A stretch of 64,000 bases of DNA from Paraspadella gotoi (taxonomy: Eukaryota; Animalia; Chaetognatha), in NCBI GenBank assembly GCA_051294375.1, contig CM119268.1:17885562-17949561 (forward strand), written 5' to 3'. Every line of letters begins with the position of its first letter. Position 1 is the first letter of the stretch. Made by a program: the position numbers and the translations under genes. Below the pieces are notes generated by a model, which worked only from the letters and a program-made list of their open reading frames with translations, was not told the DNA's origin and made no database searches. Below are positions 8,961 through 37,690 of the stretch, in pieces.

Positions 8961-11759
8961 GTCGAACGGTAGGTGGATTTTAGTCCACCATAATAGAAAC
9001 AGCTCAAGCTCATCAGTCAACCTGAAAACAAGTTCCTTCAATGAAACCGGTCGGGCTCGTTTTCCTGACTTTACCTCGATCTCCATTCGGTTAATCGCTC
9101 ATAATTTCATCGCTGGACCATTTTCACCGGTATTTCCCCACAAATGAAAGAAACCTTTAGAGAAACCTATATTCCGCTTTCGTTCGTCTTCAGCTACTTG
9201 ACAGGGTCATGTGGAGACGTGCCAAATAAGGAAATGTTTTGCGAAAAGAGACCACAATTATGAGAGAGTCTGGAATTCTTATCTCGAACCGAGTTAAGCC
9301 GATTGGCTGAATGAAAAGCAAATCCAAGAGGGAAGAGTGGGCGAAGGGAATCAAGCGGCAATTACGACGGGCGTCAACTCTCAAATCTTTTTAACGAGAG
9401 ATTCTCGTCAAATGAAATCTGTGGTTCGGAGTTGAAATCCACAATCCGTCCACAGTCCTCGAGTTCTTTCCCTCCAACTACAAGGAATGCGGCGTCAATG
9501 AGAGAGAGAGAGAGAGGAGAGAGAGAGGAGAGAGAGAGGAACGCAGCCTGACGAAGGGATTGACGCGAGGTCGGAGGGAATTTAAATCGTAGAGTGATCG
9601 GAAGAGCGGTGCTGGAGGGAAACGAAGGGGATGCCAGAACGGATGGTCGAGAGGGAAGGACTAGAGGTGAAGCGTGGCGAGAAGAGATGGGATGGTTGAG
9701 CAGAGGAACGGGAGATAGAGAGAGGAGGAGTCGCGGAAGGGAGAATGATACTAGAGGTAACAGGGAGAACGGAGGAGACAACAAGGGCGAAGAGTAAGAA
9801 GAAGACTGGTATAAATGGAAGAGTGACCAAGAAGGAGTGATGGGATAAGAAGACGAGGAGGAGGGAGAGTGGAAAGGAAGAAACGAGAACGAAACAGAGA
9901 CGACAGTGGAGCTGAACACAGATCACCGCGATGAGACAGAACGGAGGGGGAAAGAGGAAAGGGGGAGGCGGGTTAGGAGAGGGGGACGCCGATGTCCGGC
10001 GGGCGGGGAGTCAGAGGAAGAAGAGATAGAGAGAGAGAAGAGAGAGAGAGAGAGAGATGTGATGAAGAAGAGACGAGACGAGAAGCGGACAACCCCCCCC
10101 CAAAAAAAAAATCACTTGAACAAACACGCGCTTGAGAGAGAAAGTAGGAACTTTTCTAAGCGAACAAACTTTTTAACGAGGAACCTAATAAAAAGGAGAG
10201 ATTGAAATTGAAAAAAAAAGAAAAAAGAGAAAACAAATTCGCTGAGATTCGAAAAATTAAAATTGGGTTCAGATTTTATTCACATTTATTTCATTCTGAC
10301 GCCACGCGAAATTTCTTATAAAAAATATTTGGCGAATTCGCCTACGTGTGTTTTCGTTACAAATTTACAGTGTTACTTTAATTTTGAAAAGGAACGAATA
10401 TTTCTTTTTTTTAATTTTTGTTAGTTTTTTTTTTTAAGCAGTGAAAATAAAATGAAATGAATTGTAATTTTTGTACGTAAGTAATAATAGAGCGTTAGTT
10501 ATTTTCTGGAGTTTCGAAAGTATTTTGGTTAAAGTGTACGACGCTTCGAAGTGAAAAGAGAAATAAAAATGACAAAATTGTCATCAAATTTAATTGTTTT
10601 TATTATTTTCTTTTATAAAGAAGTGTTGAGTTTTGTTTCACAGACATTTTAGTTTTTTTTTTAAATATTTAAACCCAAACTAAACATCTTTGTTTTTTTC
10701 AGAAGTCGGCGTCTGAAACCGTCACGGAATGCCGTCTCTCGACAGGCGCGAATTGGAAATACGAATCTGAACGAGTTTTTCCGGTTTAATATTGCAGTGT
10801 GTAATTGGAGTGACGATTAGGATCGCAGAGTGTAATCCGGATTTTCGAACAGAAGGAGCGGCGAAAATCGCGGAACGAGTTCCTCATCGCTGTTGTGTTT
10901 AAAAATAACGTTTAAAAATAATATCGTAAAATAAAATGATAAACTTTTTGTTTATCAAAGAAGGTATTGTTTAAATATTTTTGGTCGTCCACCCGAGACT
11001 CGACAGGGGAGAGTTTCGTGGTAAGAAAATCAAAAAATTCTTCGTTTGCATAAAGGATTTCTTCGTTGTAAAAAAATATTCGAGAAATCCAGAGCCATTT
11101 TAAAATTTATCTGTGGATTATCCTTCGGAGAAGAAGCTCTTCGATAAAATCAGGAGTGTGAATCAGATCGGAAAGAGAAGATTATTTTTTTTTAAATTTG
11201 TGTGAGTTGAGCGATTCACTATTAGAGGAAAGATTATTTGAACTTTTATGAATTTCTTGGCGGTAGTCGTAAAAAAAGTTTGTTTTTTTTTGCTCTTAGA
11301 AAACTCGATATTATTCCTTGTTAGAGAATAATTGCAGGATTTTAAGTCATTCCTAATTTGTTTTGAATGAAAGCATTATAAAATACTAGGAAATACTCGA
11401 TGAATGGCAAAGTCGGATCTTTTCGCAGGTTTTTGAATTACGCGATCGTATTTTAAGCCCAAACAACTTTTTGCTTCAATTTAGTTTACATCTTAAAATC
11501 AGTCGGTTTCTAGCTTAAAGGGAAACACAGAGGGTAAATACTACAAAAGAAAAAAAAACTGAGACGCAGAGAAAATTCTTTTTTCCATTTTCTTTTTGTC
11601 GGGGGAAGAGAAGGTACGGTTAATTAAAAAAGTGGGTGGGTCTTTGAAAACGGGACCCGAGGAAACGAAGTGAGTTTCTTTGCTATTTTGGAGGTTTTTT
11701 AGGTGAGTTTTGATAAAGAAGTGAGGAGAAATGAGAGATAAAATGATAATAAGAAAATA

Positions 11760-11763
11760 AATA

Positions 11764-11807
<44 letters not shown>

Positions 11808-11949
11808 AAAAGAAAGAAAGAAGAAAGAAAGAAAGAAATAGAGAAACAGGAGAAAGTCAAGAAAAAACAAGAAACAAAACAAAAAGCGATTTAAAAAAAA
11901 GATACGAAAGTCAAAAGCGAAGAGGAGAGAGAGAGAGAGAAGGAGAGAG

Positions 11950-12005
<56 letters not shown>

Positions 12006-12045
12006 GAGAGAAGAGAGAGAGGAGAGAGAGATGGAGAGAGAGAGT
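11760..12045. repeat. (GAAA)n and (GA)n microsatellite cluster
   Basis: Directly visible simple repeats. Confidence 0.9.
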
Positions 12046-13546
12046 TCGAACGAAAACAGGTTTCCTTTTTACTTCCGATGTAATTTCAAAGACGGAACTT
12101 TTTATGTTTACTTTGACTGTCGTCAAATAAAAAAGCTCTAGATTTTAGTCTTTGTCCGTTTATGCTTCCCATTTTTCTTCAGTTTCTGCTTTTTGCTTTT
12201 TCCGCTTTACGCTTGCTTCTTCTTTTCTTTCCCTATTTCCACTTAATTGATAATTTCTTCAGACACTTTATCATTTTATCGTTTTGTAATAATCGATTAT
12301 TTATTTCAAGCGAATAAAAGCGAATCATCCATGTACCTCTACGTCAGATCGACTGATTGGAAATAAAAAACTAAATATATTGTGTAGCTCTCTCTCTCTC
12401 TCTCTCTCATCTTCCTCTCTCTCTCTCTCTCCTCTCTCTCCTCTCTCTCTCTCCTCTCCTCTCTCTCTCTCGGTCTCTTTTTCTCTCTCTCTCTCGTCTT
12501 CTACTTTAAAACGGATTAGACTTTGGAGCTTTTAACAGATATCTTTTTTCAAAAATATTTTGGATATGAAGAATGAACACACCTTTGGCGTTGTCAAATC
12601 CGTAATGGGCATTGACAACAAAACTTCCGTTTGCTGCTGAGATCAGAAAAAGAACAAAAAAGAAAGGAGAAGAAAAATGAAATAGGGAACTTGGAAAAAA
12701 AAGAAGGTTAGAAGTAACAACAGAAAGCCAAATTATGTATTAGTTATTAACGTTTTGAAACTGTGACAAAACCAGAATCATAATTAACTTAATGTTTTTA
12801 CGTAAAATTTGCAAAAACTTATTTTCAATGAAATATGACGACTTTCGGGAGATTTCGGCGATTATCTTATCAACCGCCATGAATCAATCAAACCAAAATA
12901 ATTTCTTTAATCCAAAGTGACGACCAAGTGACACGCCTGGCATTTAAATCTAATTATGTAAAATTAATTATCAATCTATCAATTAACGCTTGTCTTTCGT
13001 TTTTGATTGTTTCTAAATTGTAAATTAAACAATTATTTGTGTTTATCTAACAATCATAGTTTTTTGATAAGTCTAAACATGAAACAAGAACGATGAATTT
13101 CATTTTGGAAATTTTTTAACAATGGATAGATGAGATCGTATAATTAATTTTAAATTGAACAAAGCAGTATATGCATGAAACTTATGCTTTATCAGCAATT
13201 GCATCAAAATCCGTTTGCCTTTTTGTTTTCTAAAGCTCAAAACTGGACGAATTTCTCTGAAACAGTTTCAGCTTGCGAATTGAAACCAGTCGATGTTACA
13301 GTCAATTAGTGAATTTGGATCCGAGAAAAATACTTGATTTGGTCGACGACAAAAGAAAATGGTAGCCAGAATTTAATCTACCCATATGTCATCAATTTAG
13401 ATCTTTCATCGCTTTAATTAATTGTCGGGACAATAGTGCTCGTTCTTTCATCCAAGACAATCAAAAATTAGACTATATCGTCTTATTAGTAAATTGCATA
13501 ATACTCGTTTGTATTATATTTTTTGCGTCACGCGATTAACTCCGAA

Positions 13547-14103
13547 ATGTTCCGATCGTCTCTCGTGGAATCCGCGTCGCCGCTTCGATCGGCGCCGCGA
13601 TTCGGGAGCCTTCGTCGCTTTCGGCGCCCTCGACGAAGATCCTTGACTTCTTGGGCGACTACGAAGACGCACGTCGACGATTTTTTCCAGCGAAGCGCAA
13701 TTCTTCGCAACGTCGCCCTCACGACAACGACATCTTCGGAGGTCCTAAGCCTTTGTCGCGATGCCGACTTGACACCCTTTGCAAACCCTTCAGGGGACTG
13801 GTCACATGCTTCGACCTAAGCCTTCAAAAATCTCACCACCTCATGGTAGGGGCATGCAACGCCAACGGTCCATCGCCTACGCTCGTTATCCGTTACCGCA
13901 TGGGTTTCATTCGCCGATCGCCGAAGTTGGCCGAAAAGGCTTTGAGGAACCAAACGCCCATTCCGTCCGAGAAGCAGCCCCGGCTGGTCGAAGTACGGAA
14001 GGAGAGAAATCTCAATGCCCGGGATTTTTGACTTCGAAGGGAAGTTGGAAAAAGTCGAGAACGGTCGTCAGTAAAAAAATTCTACACCTTCTACACGTCT
14101 AGG

Positions 14104-14157
<54 letters not shown>

Positions 14158-14173
14158 AGAGAGACAGAAGAGG

Positions 14174-14204
<31 letters not shown>

Positions 14205-15334
14205 AGAGAGATATAGACAACCAAAAAAAGACGGACCTCTACTGACCATCAGACCCAGACATAAGAAAGAGTAAGAGAGATTATTACGTAACACAAAAAA
14301 AAAAAAAGAAATCTAACGTTCTTTCTCATCAGCGATTCGAACCCGCGATGTTGGAGGTTATGGACGATCAGAGTCGAGAATTGAACGAGGGATCTCGACG
14401 AGACACGACCGGTCCTTGATCCATCTGGACGTAAGCTGGTCAAGGAACTCCCCAATGAGATGTACAAGTGCGATGTGAGAGCGTGGGGACGGTGCTGTTT
14501 CGAGACGAGGTCTGGGATGCCTCCAAGACCACGTCCCTCCTAAAGTGGCAGGTGTGAGCGGAATTCCCGTAGGATATTAAAAGTTTTTCTTTATAAATTA
14601 CAAAAAGTCAGATTGTTAAAAATGATTACAAAAATTAGAATAAATATAAATGTCTGTTCAAGAGTGTCATTTTTTTAGAAGTTATTTTTTTATTAGTTTA
14701 GTTAGGTTTTTTGTTTAATGCTGATGAAGGCTTTGTAGTAAGCCGAAACAGTCCCGTTTTTTTATTAAAAATAAAATCGTTGTTGAACATTCATTTCAAA
14801 CTTTTCTAATAATTATTACAGCTACGAAATAGAAAGGAATTCTACCACAAAGAAGTTATTTTAAATAATAATTTTTTGAGAATAAACTTTAAATAGCTTA
14901 TAGGAGTATTTTTCCTGTCGCTTTCTCTATCATTAATTTGTATCAACTTTTAGTATACGTAATTATACGTCCATGACGTATTATTAAAAAACAAAGAAAA
15001 ACATGAACAAGCCCTTCTTTCCCGCCAAAAGGCTTCATCGATGCCATCTCGGAGATTGTTCGGCACCTCCGTTCGCGAACTTCTATATTCGTCTCAATCT
15101 TCAAACGCAAAACTGGATCCCCTACGTCACAGCGTCACTGACGCCGCTTGGGACTTCATGTTCGCCTTCGTCGCAGTAAGTTGTCGCCTAAAGAAGAAGG
15201 ACGAGCTGATCGAGAAGTCCAAGCACATTGCCCGTTCTCCAAGTAGGCGAAGGCCGTTGCTCAACTTATTCTACTTCTCGACGAGTCGTTGGACGATCAG
15301 AGAGGGTTCGTTTGCTCGGGTCGTTTGCGGTTGG
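13547..15334 (+). pseudogene. Frameshifted partial duplicate (exons 1-3) of the downstream cytochrome P450; probably an assembly artefact
   Basis: Region ~12490-15334 repeats ~15360-18256 with many 1-bp indels and ends at a 25-N gap. Confidence 0.7.
14717..14759 (+). ncRNA. Duplicate copy of the hammerhead motif (indel-damaged) in the duplicated CYP segment
   Basis: ctgatgaaggctttgtagtaagccgaaacagtcccgtttt. Confidence 0.5.
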
Positions 15335-16516
15335 NNNNNNNNNNNNNNNNNNNNNNNNNTCTCTCCTTCTTTTAAACGATTAGACTTTGGAGCTTTTAAC
15401 AGATATCTTTTTTCAAAAATATTTTGGATATGAAGAATGAACACACCTTGGCGTTGTCAAATCGTAATGGCATTGTCAACAAAACCTTCCGTTTGCTTGC
15501 TGAGATCAGAAAAAGAACAAAAAAGAAAGAGAAGAAAAATGAAATAAGGGAAACTTGGAAAAAAAGAAGGTTAGAAGTAAACAACAGAAAGCCCAAATTA
15601 TGTATGTAGTTATAACGTTTGAAACTGTGACAAAACCAAGAATCATAATTACTTAATGTATTTACGTAAAATTTGCAAAAACTTATTTTCAATGAAAATA
15701 TGACGACTTTCGGGGAGATTTCGGCGATTATCTTATCACCGCCGATGAATCAATCAAAAACAAAATATTCTTTATCCAAAGTGACGACCAAGTGACAACG
15801 CNNNNNNNNNNNNNNNNNNNNNNNNNNNNNNNNNNNNNNNNNNNNNNNNNNNNNNNNNNNNNNNNNNNNNNNNNNNNNNNNNNNNNNNNNNNNNNNNNNN
15901 NNNNNNNNNNNNNNNNNNNNNNNNNNNNNNNNNNNNNNNNNNNNNNNNNNNNNNNNNNNNNNNNNNNNNNNNNNNNNNNNNNNNNNNNNNNNNNNNNNNN
16001 NNNNNNNTGATTGTTTCTAAATTGTAAATTAAAAGCAATTATTTGGTTTTATCTAACAATCGAAGTTTTTTTGATAAGGCTAAACATGAAACAAGAACGA
16101 TGGAAAGATCGTATTATTAATTTTAAAATTGAACAAAAAGCGGAGTATATGCATGAACTTATGCTTATCAGCAATTGCATCAAAATCCGTTTGCCTTTTG
16201 TTTCTAAACTCAAAACTGGGACGAATTTCTCTGAAACAGTTTCCAGCTGCGAATGAAAACCAGTCGATGTTACAGTCAATTAGGAATTTGGATCCGAAGA
16301 AAAATACTTGATTTGGTCGACGACAAAAGAAAATGTAGCCAGAATTTAAATCTACCATATGTCATCAATTAGATCATTATCATCGCTTTAATTAATTGTC
16401 GAGACAATAGGCTCGTTCTTTCATCAAGACAATCACAAAATTAGACTATCGTCTTATTAGTATTGCAATAAACTCGTTTGAATTAATATTTTTTGCGTCA
16501 CGCGATTAACTCCGAA

Positions 16517-17086
16517 ATGTTCCGATCGTCTCTGCGTGGAATCCGCGTCGCCGCTTCGATCGGCGCCGCGATTCGGGAGCCTTCGTCGCTTTCGGCGCCC
16601 TCGACGAGATCCTTGACCTTCTTGGGCGACTACGAAGACGCACGTCGACGATTTTTTCCAGCGAAGCCGCAATTCTTTCCGCAACGTCGCCCCTCAACGA
16701 CAACGACATCTTCGGAGGTCCTTAAGCCTTTGTCCGCGATGCCGACTGACAACCCTTTGCAAACCCTTCAGGGGATGGTCAACATGCTTCGACCCTCAAG
16801 CTTCAAAAATCTCCACCACCTCATGGTAGAGGGCATGCAACGCCACGGTCCCATCGCCTACTCTCGTTATCCGTTACCCATGGTTTCCATCGCCGATCCC
16901 GAGTTGGCCGAAAAGGCTTTGAGGAACCAAACGCCCATTCCGTCTCGAGGAAGCAGCCCCGGCTGGGTCGAGTACCGGAAGGAGAGAAATCTCAAGCCGG
17001 GGATTTTGACTGGCGACAGGGAAGATTGGAAAAAGTCGGAGAACGGTCGTCAGTAAAAAATTCTACACCTTCTACACGTCTAGGAA

Positions 17087-17145
<59 letters not shown>

Positions 17146-17150
17146 AAGGA

Positions 17151-17188
<38 letters not shown>

Positions 17189-19761
17189 ATATAGACAACC
17201 AAAAACAAGACGGACCTCTACTGACCATCAGACCAGACATAAGAAAGAGTAGAGAGATTATACGTAACACAAAAAAAAAATCTAACGTTCTTTCTCATCA
17301 GGATTCGAACCCGCGATGTTGGAGGTTATGGACGATCAGATCGAGAATCTGACGAGGATCTCGACGAGACACGCGGCCTCTGATCCATCTGGACGTAAGC
17401 TGGTCAAGGAACTCCCCAATGAGATGTACAAGTGGGCGATGGAGAGCGTGGGGACGGTGCTGTTCGAGACGAGGCTGGGATGCCTCCAAGACCCCGTCCC
17501 TCCTAAAGTGCAGGTGTGAGCGGGAATTTCACCGTAGGATATTTAAAAGTTTATTCTTTATAAATACAAAAAAGTCAAATGTTAAAATGATACAAAAATT
17601 AGAAATAAATATAAATGTTGTTCAAAGTGTCATTTTTTAGAAGTTATTTTTATTAGTTAGTTAGTTTTTTAATGCTGATGAAGGCTTGTAGTTAAGCCGA
17701 AACATGTCCGTTTTTTATTAAAAATAAAATCGTTGTTGAAAATTCATTTCAAACTTTTCTAATAATTATTACACAACGAAAAGAAAGGATTATACCACAA
17801 AGAAGTTATTTTATAATATTTTTTGAGATAACTTTAAATAGCTTATAGGAGTATTTTCCTGTCCCTTTCTCTATCATTATTTGTATTCACTTTTAGTATA
17901 CGTAATTATACGTCCATGACGTATTATTAAAAAACAAAGAAAACATGAACAAGCCCTTCTTTCCCGCCAAAAGGGCTTCATCGATGCCATCTCGGAGATG
18001 TTCGGCACCTCCGTCGCGACTCTAATTCTCTTCAATCTTCAACGCAAACTGGGATCCCCTTACGTCAAGCGTCACTACGCCGCTTGGGACTCCATGTTCG
18101 CCTTCGTCGCAGAAGTTGTCGCCAAGAAGAAGGACGAGCTGATCGAGAAGTCCAAGCACACCCCCGTCTCCAAGAGCGAAGGGGCCGTGCTCACTTATCT
18201 ACTTCTCGACGAGTCGTTGGACGATCAAGAGGTTGTTTGCTCGGTCGTTGCGGTTGACGTGGTGGTTGTTTTGTTGGTGGTCTTGCAGACGTTGTTTCTG
18301 ATGTTGAGAAGAAAACAGGAAAAAAAAATGAGTTAATAATGAAACACAGAAATAATGAGTGAACAAATGACCAAATGACGGAATGAATGAACAAATGACA
18401 GTATTAATCAATGAAACGATANNNNNNNNNNNNNNNNNNNNNNNNNNNNNNNNNNNNNNNNNNNNNNNNNNNNNNNNNNNNNNNNNNNNNNNNNNNNNNN
18501 NNNNNNNNNNNNNNNNNNNNNNNNNNNNNNNNNNNNNNNNNNNNNNNNNNNNNNNNNNNNNNNNNNNNNNNNNNNNNNNNNNNNNNNNNNNNNNNNNNNN
18601 NNNNNNNNNNNNNNNNNNNNNNNNNNNNNNNNNNNNNNNNNNNNNNNNNNNNNNNNNNNNNNNNNNNNNNNNNNNNNNNNNNNNNNNNNNNNNNNNNNNN
18701 NNNNNNNNNNNNNNNNNNNNNNNNNNNNNAATGAATGAAGGAATTAATGAATGAATGAATGAATGAATGTATAAATGAATGAATTAATGAATGAATGAAT
18801 GAATGAATTAATTAATATATAAGAATGACTGAATGACGAAGCCAACAGAGTCAATTCAAGCTCTTTTCAGGTCTACGCCAACGTGACGGAGTTGCTCATC
18901 GGCGGGGTGGACACCACCTCCAACACCCTCGTCTGGATCTTATACGAACTCGCCAAGAATCCCCAACATCTTCGTCGACTGGAGGAAGAGATCGAGAGGG
19001 TGATCGGCGACGAACGCCCTTCGGTCAAGGCCATTCATAAGATGCCCTTCCTCAAGTGGTGCGTCAAGGAGACGCTGAGGTTGTATCCCGTCCTTCTGGG
19101 GATTTCCAGGTGAGTTAGGAAGGGGGGTGGATTTTGGTGGTGTAGTTGAGTTAGGGGTTGGGGGTGGAGGGGCGAGGCTGTGGCGTTAGCTTAATGTATT
19201 TCAATACCATACTTTTTTCATGCGTTTTTAATTTTAATTTTAATTTAACAGGTGAATATCATAGCCATTGGCAAGGAATTTTAAAATTAAAGAACTTGTG
19301 TGTGTGTGTGATAAGAAATATAAATATATATAAATAAATGATCTTCAAACTTCAGCTTTTGACCCAACCGTTCACCACCTTCCCTACGCAGAGAAATGCA
19401 CGAGGACATCGAACTGGGCGGATACTTGGTCCCCAAGAAAACCCTTTGCTTCGTCAACTTCTACGGGATGAGCAAGAGTTCCCTCTTCTTCGAAAACCCG
19501 GACGTGTTTGACCCGACCCGTTGGGATCGCGAAGCCGGAAAAGCCTTTCACAACTATTGCTCCGTGCCGTTCGGGGCGGGAGCCCGAAGCTGCATCGGCA
19601 AGCGCATCGCCGAGATGGAGATGCACCTCATGTTGGCCAGGATCGTACAAAAGTTTCGGCTCCGTCTCGTCGAGGATTTGCCGGAAGTTAAGCCGATTTA
19701 CCGGACGCTACTTATTCCGCCGCCGGGAGAAATGATTCCGGTAGAGTTTGAGCGGAAGTGA
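16517..19761 (+). CDS. Cytochrome P450, mitochondrial clan; exons ~16517-17083 (has indel errors), 17302-17513, 17974-18231, 18871-19109, 19392-19761
   Basis: Arg/Ser-rich N-terminal targeting-like peptide, C-helix WKKSR, YKWAMESVGTVLFETRLGCL (typical of mito-clan CYPs), I-helix GGVDTTS, K-helix KETLR, FDPTRW and heme motif PFGAGARSCIG. Downstream introns are GT-AG and in phase. Confidence 0.9.
17671..17712 (+). ncRNA. Minimal type I hammerhead ribozyme motif (Penelope-like element type) in CYP intron 2
   Basis: aatg-CTGATGA-A-GGCTT-gtagtt-AAGCC-GAAAC-AT-GTC-cgtt: conserved core, 5-bp stem II, minimal stem III with palindromic ACATGT, GUC cleavage triplet, 4-bp stem I. Confidence 0.75.
18730..18815. 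repeat. (ATGA)n microsatellite next to a gap
   Basis: Directly visible. Confidence 0.85.
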
Positions 19762-21473
19762 GAAGCCGGGAAATTTCCGCTTTAAATATTTGGCGGTTGA
19801 GAAGCGATTGATTGTATTGTTCACAATATTTTTTTTTAGTATCATTATCAATATTACTTTGAATACACAATATAATATTTTTTTAAAATTCTTTTAGTTT
19901 CAGTTTTTTTTTTATCGATGTCTCCATCTTTTTTCTAGTTATCGACGCATTTGAACTTCGTACTTTTTTAACTTCCATGAAATTGATTCATACACCCCAA
20001 TTTAAAATTATCCATTCATCTTCATCTGTAACTTAGACTCAAGCTCTTTTAACATAAATATTTAAACTGTTTCAATCTAATTATGTCAAATTTATATCCC
20101 CCGAAGTTTATACATCAAAAAACCTAAGACTTTGTTTTTTATTTAGCTCTAGTAATTTCTTTTTTTTCCCTCCGTACTTACGATTTTCCTTTGTTCCTCG
20201 AAACCGTTTTCAATTTTTTATCGCTTTTTTCTCTCTCATTTTTTTCTTTCCATTCTTTCTTTCACTCCCTTCACTGTCTTTCCTCTTAACTCTNNNNNNN
20301 NNNNNNNNNNNNNNNNNNNNNNNNNNNNNNNNNNNNNNNNNNNNNNNNNNNNNNNNNNNNNNNNNNNNNNNNNNNNNNNNNNNNNNNNNNNNNNNNNNNN
20401 NNNNNNNNNNNNNNNNNNNNNNNNNNNNNNNNNNNNNNNNNNNNNNNNNNNNNNNNNNNNNNNNNNNNNNNNNNNNNNNNNNNNNNNNNNNNNNNNNNNN
20501 NNNNNNNNNNNNNNNNNNNNNNNNNNNNNNNNNNNNNNNNNNNNNNNNNNNNNNNNNNNNNNNNNNNNNNNNNNNNNNNNNNNNNNNNNNNNNNNNNNNN
20601 NNNNNNNNNNNNNNNNNNNNNNNNNNNNNNNNNNNNNNNNNNNNNNNNNNNNNNNNNNNNNNNNNNNNNNNNNNNNNNNNNNNNNNNNNNNNNNNNNNNN
20701 NNNNNNNNNNNNNNNNNNNNNNNNNNNNNNNNNNNNNNNNNNNNNNNNNNNNNNNNNNNNNNNNNNNNNNNNNNNNNNNNNNNNNNNNNNNNNNNNNNNN
20801 NNNNNNNNNNNNNNNNNNNNNNNNNNNNNNNNNNNNNNNNNNNNNNNNNNNNNNNNNNNNNNNNNNNNNNNNNNNNNNNNTCTCTCTCTCTGTCTCTCTC
20901 TCTCTCAGGGGCGTCGTGGAGGTCATAAATCGAAGCAATTTTTTTTACTGGTTCTGTTTATGGGTTGCAGGCAGATGGAAGTTTTGACTTGTGAATGACA
21001 CAAGTCAAACGGTCAACTCTCCTCCGTAAGCAACGAGTATAAAATCGTTGACTGCGTAATGATAAATGTTTTTTTTTTTTCGTTATGCTTTTGAAATGAG
21101 TGAGGGACCAGAGAATTTGTTTTGTTTATTTTTTTTTTATTCTAACTGTTTTTTAAACAAATATCTGGATTTGTACCCTATTTTTCCGCGATAAAAACGA
21201 ATAAGGTATATAGTGTATAGGGTTTTAGCCCATTATAATGGGGTATCAAAAGCGAAACTGGTGAATTAAGTCCGGAGGAGGGAAAGGATGAAAAAAAGTT
21301 CGTTTTTACGGTGGCCTAATGGATACAAAACAGAAAAAAAGGAAGATGAAAGTAAGATAAAACGAAGTAAAAAACGGAAGAAAAGATACAAAAAAGACAA
21401 GAGAGAAAATAGAAAAAGCAAGTAAGGATATTGTTGTTCGAGAAAAAACTTTTCCGTAGAAAAATATAGACTT

Positions 21474-21474
21474 A

Positions 21475-21558
<84 letters not shown>

Positions 21559-21572
21559 AAAAAAGAAAAAGA

Positions 21573-21613
<41 letters not shown>
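21474..21613. repeat. Compound (GAAA)n(GCAA)n microsatellite
   Basis: Directly visible. Confidence 0.9.
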
Positions 21614-21614
<1 letters not shown>

Positions 21615-21819
21615 TTGAAGCGGAGTCCGAGTTGATTTGCGATTTGAGTTCGAGAGACAAATGGTGTGAGAAAAAAGCATTTCTTTCTTTTTTTAACTTT
21701 ATATTTTTTTCGTTTCTTCGTTTTAATGGCAGAAGAAAGTTTACTTTATGTACCTCGCATTACTTTTCTAGCTACCTTCTTTTTTTTGTTTGTTTGTTTG
21801 TTTATTTTCTATTCCTCCT

Positions 21820-36660
<14,841 letters not shown>

Positions 36661-36665
36661 AAAAT

Positions 36666-36786
<121 letters not shown>

Positions 36787-37009
36787 CTCTCTTTAATAAT
36801 AAAAAATTTAATCCTAGAATTGTAAAAATCTTTCATCAAGTGCGTCAACTCGTNNNNNNNNNNNNNNNNNNNNNNNNNTGAATCCGTCCTCGTTAAACCG
36901 AGACGACGTCGTACGCTCTTCTCTTCCTCCGTTGCCAATGACAACGGAATGATGAACGGTTCCATCCGAGGCCGAGATAAAAGCGGGAGATAAAGTACGA
37001 AGGCTTTCC

Positions 37010-37455
37010 AGCGGTCGAGCGGTCGAGCGGTCGAGCGGTCGGGCGGTCGAGCGGTCGAGCGGTCCAGCGGTCGAGCGGTCGAGCGGTCGAAAGGTCGGGC
37101 AGTCGAGCAGTCGAAAGTTGGAGCGGTTGAGTGATTAAATGGTTGAGCGGTTGAGTGGTTGAGTTTGTCAATGTGTGGTTGAGCGTTCTAGCAGTTTAGC
37201 GGTTGAGTGGTTGAAAGGCTAAGACGATGAGCGGTTGAGGTGTAACAGGGTTTAGCGGTTGAGTGATTGAGTGGTTTGTGTCAATGAGAGGTTGAGCGGT
37301 GAATGGTCGAGCAGATGATGGTTTGAGTTTGTAGGCATTCAAATGGTTAAGAGGGTGAGTGATCCAGCGGTAGATTAGTTGGTTGGTTGAGCGGTCGATC
37401 AGTTCAGCGATATACCAATCTCTTAGGAAGGTTGGACCGTTGAGCGGTTGAGCCA
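37010..37455. repeat. 8-bp minisatellite (GCGGTCGA)n decaying into (GYGGTTGA)n
   Basis: gcggtcgagcggtcgagcggtcga... is near-perfect over ~37010-37090, then degenerate while keeping the 8-bp phase. Confidence 0.85.
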
Positions 37456-37572
37456 TGAAAAGCTGGCGGGAATGGATGTGCAATTATCTTGATGATAAAA
37501 TCAAAAGATAAGATAAGAAAAGTAAAGGGATGCGAGTGGGACTGGAGACTGGAGAGTTTTAGATGACACACA

Positions 37573-37690
<118 letters not shown>

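Noticed and set aside
10700-11025. Exon-like segment with acceptor (ttttttcag) and donor (gtg|gtaaga)
   Set aside because: No ORF or recognisable RNA structure, and it cannot be assigned to a gene without transcript data.
36879-36993. Plus-strand peptide KPRRRRTLFS resembling a homeodomain N-terminal arm
   Set aside because: The following residues (SSVANDNGMMNGSIRGRDKSGR*) show no helix 1 or WFxNRR pattern, and the segment abuts a gap.
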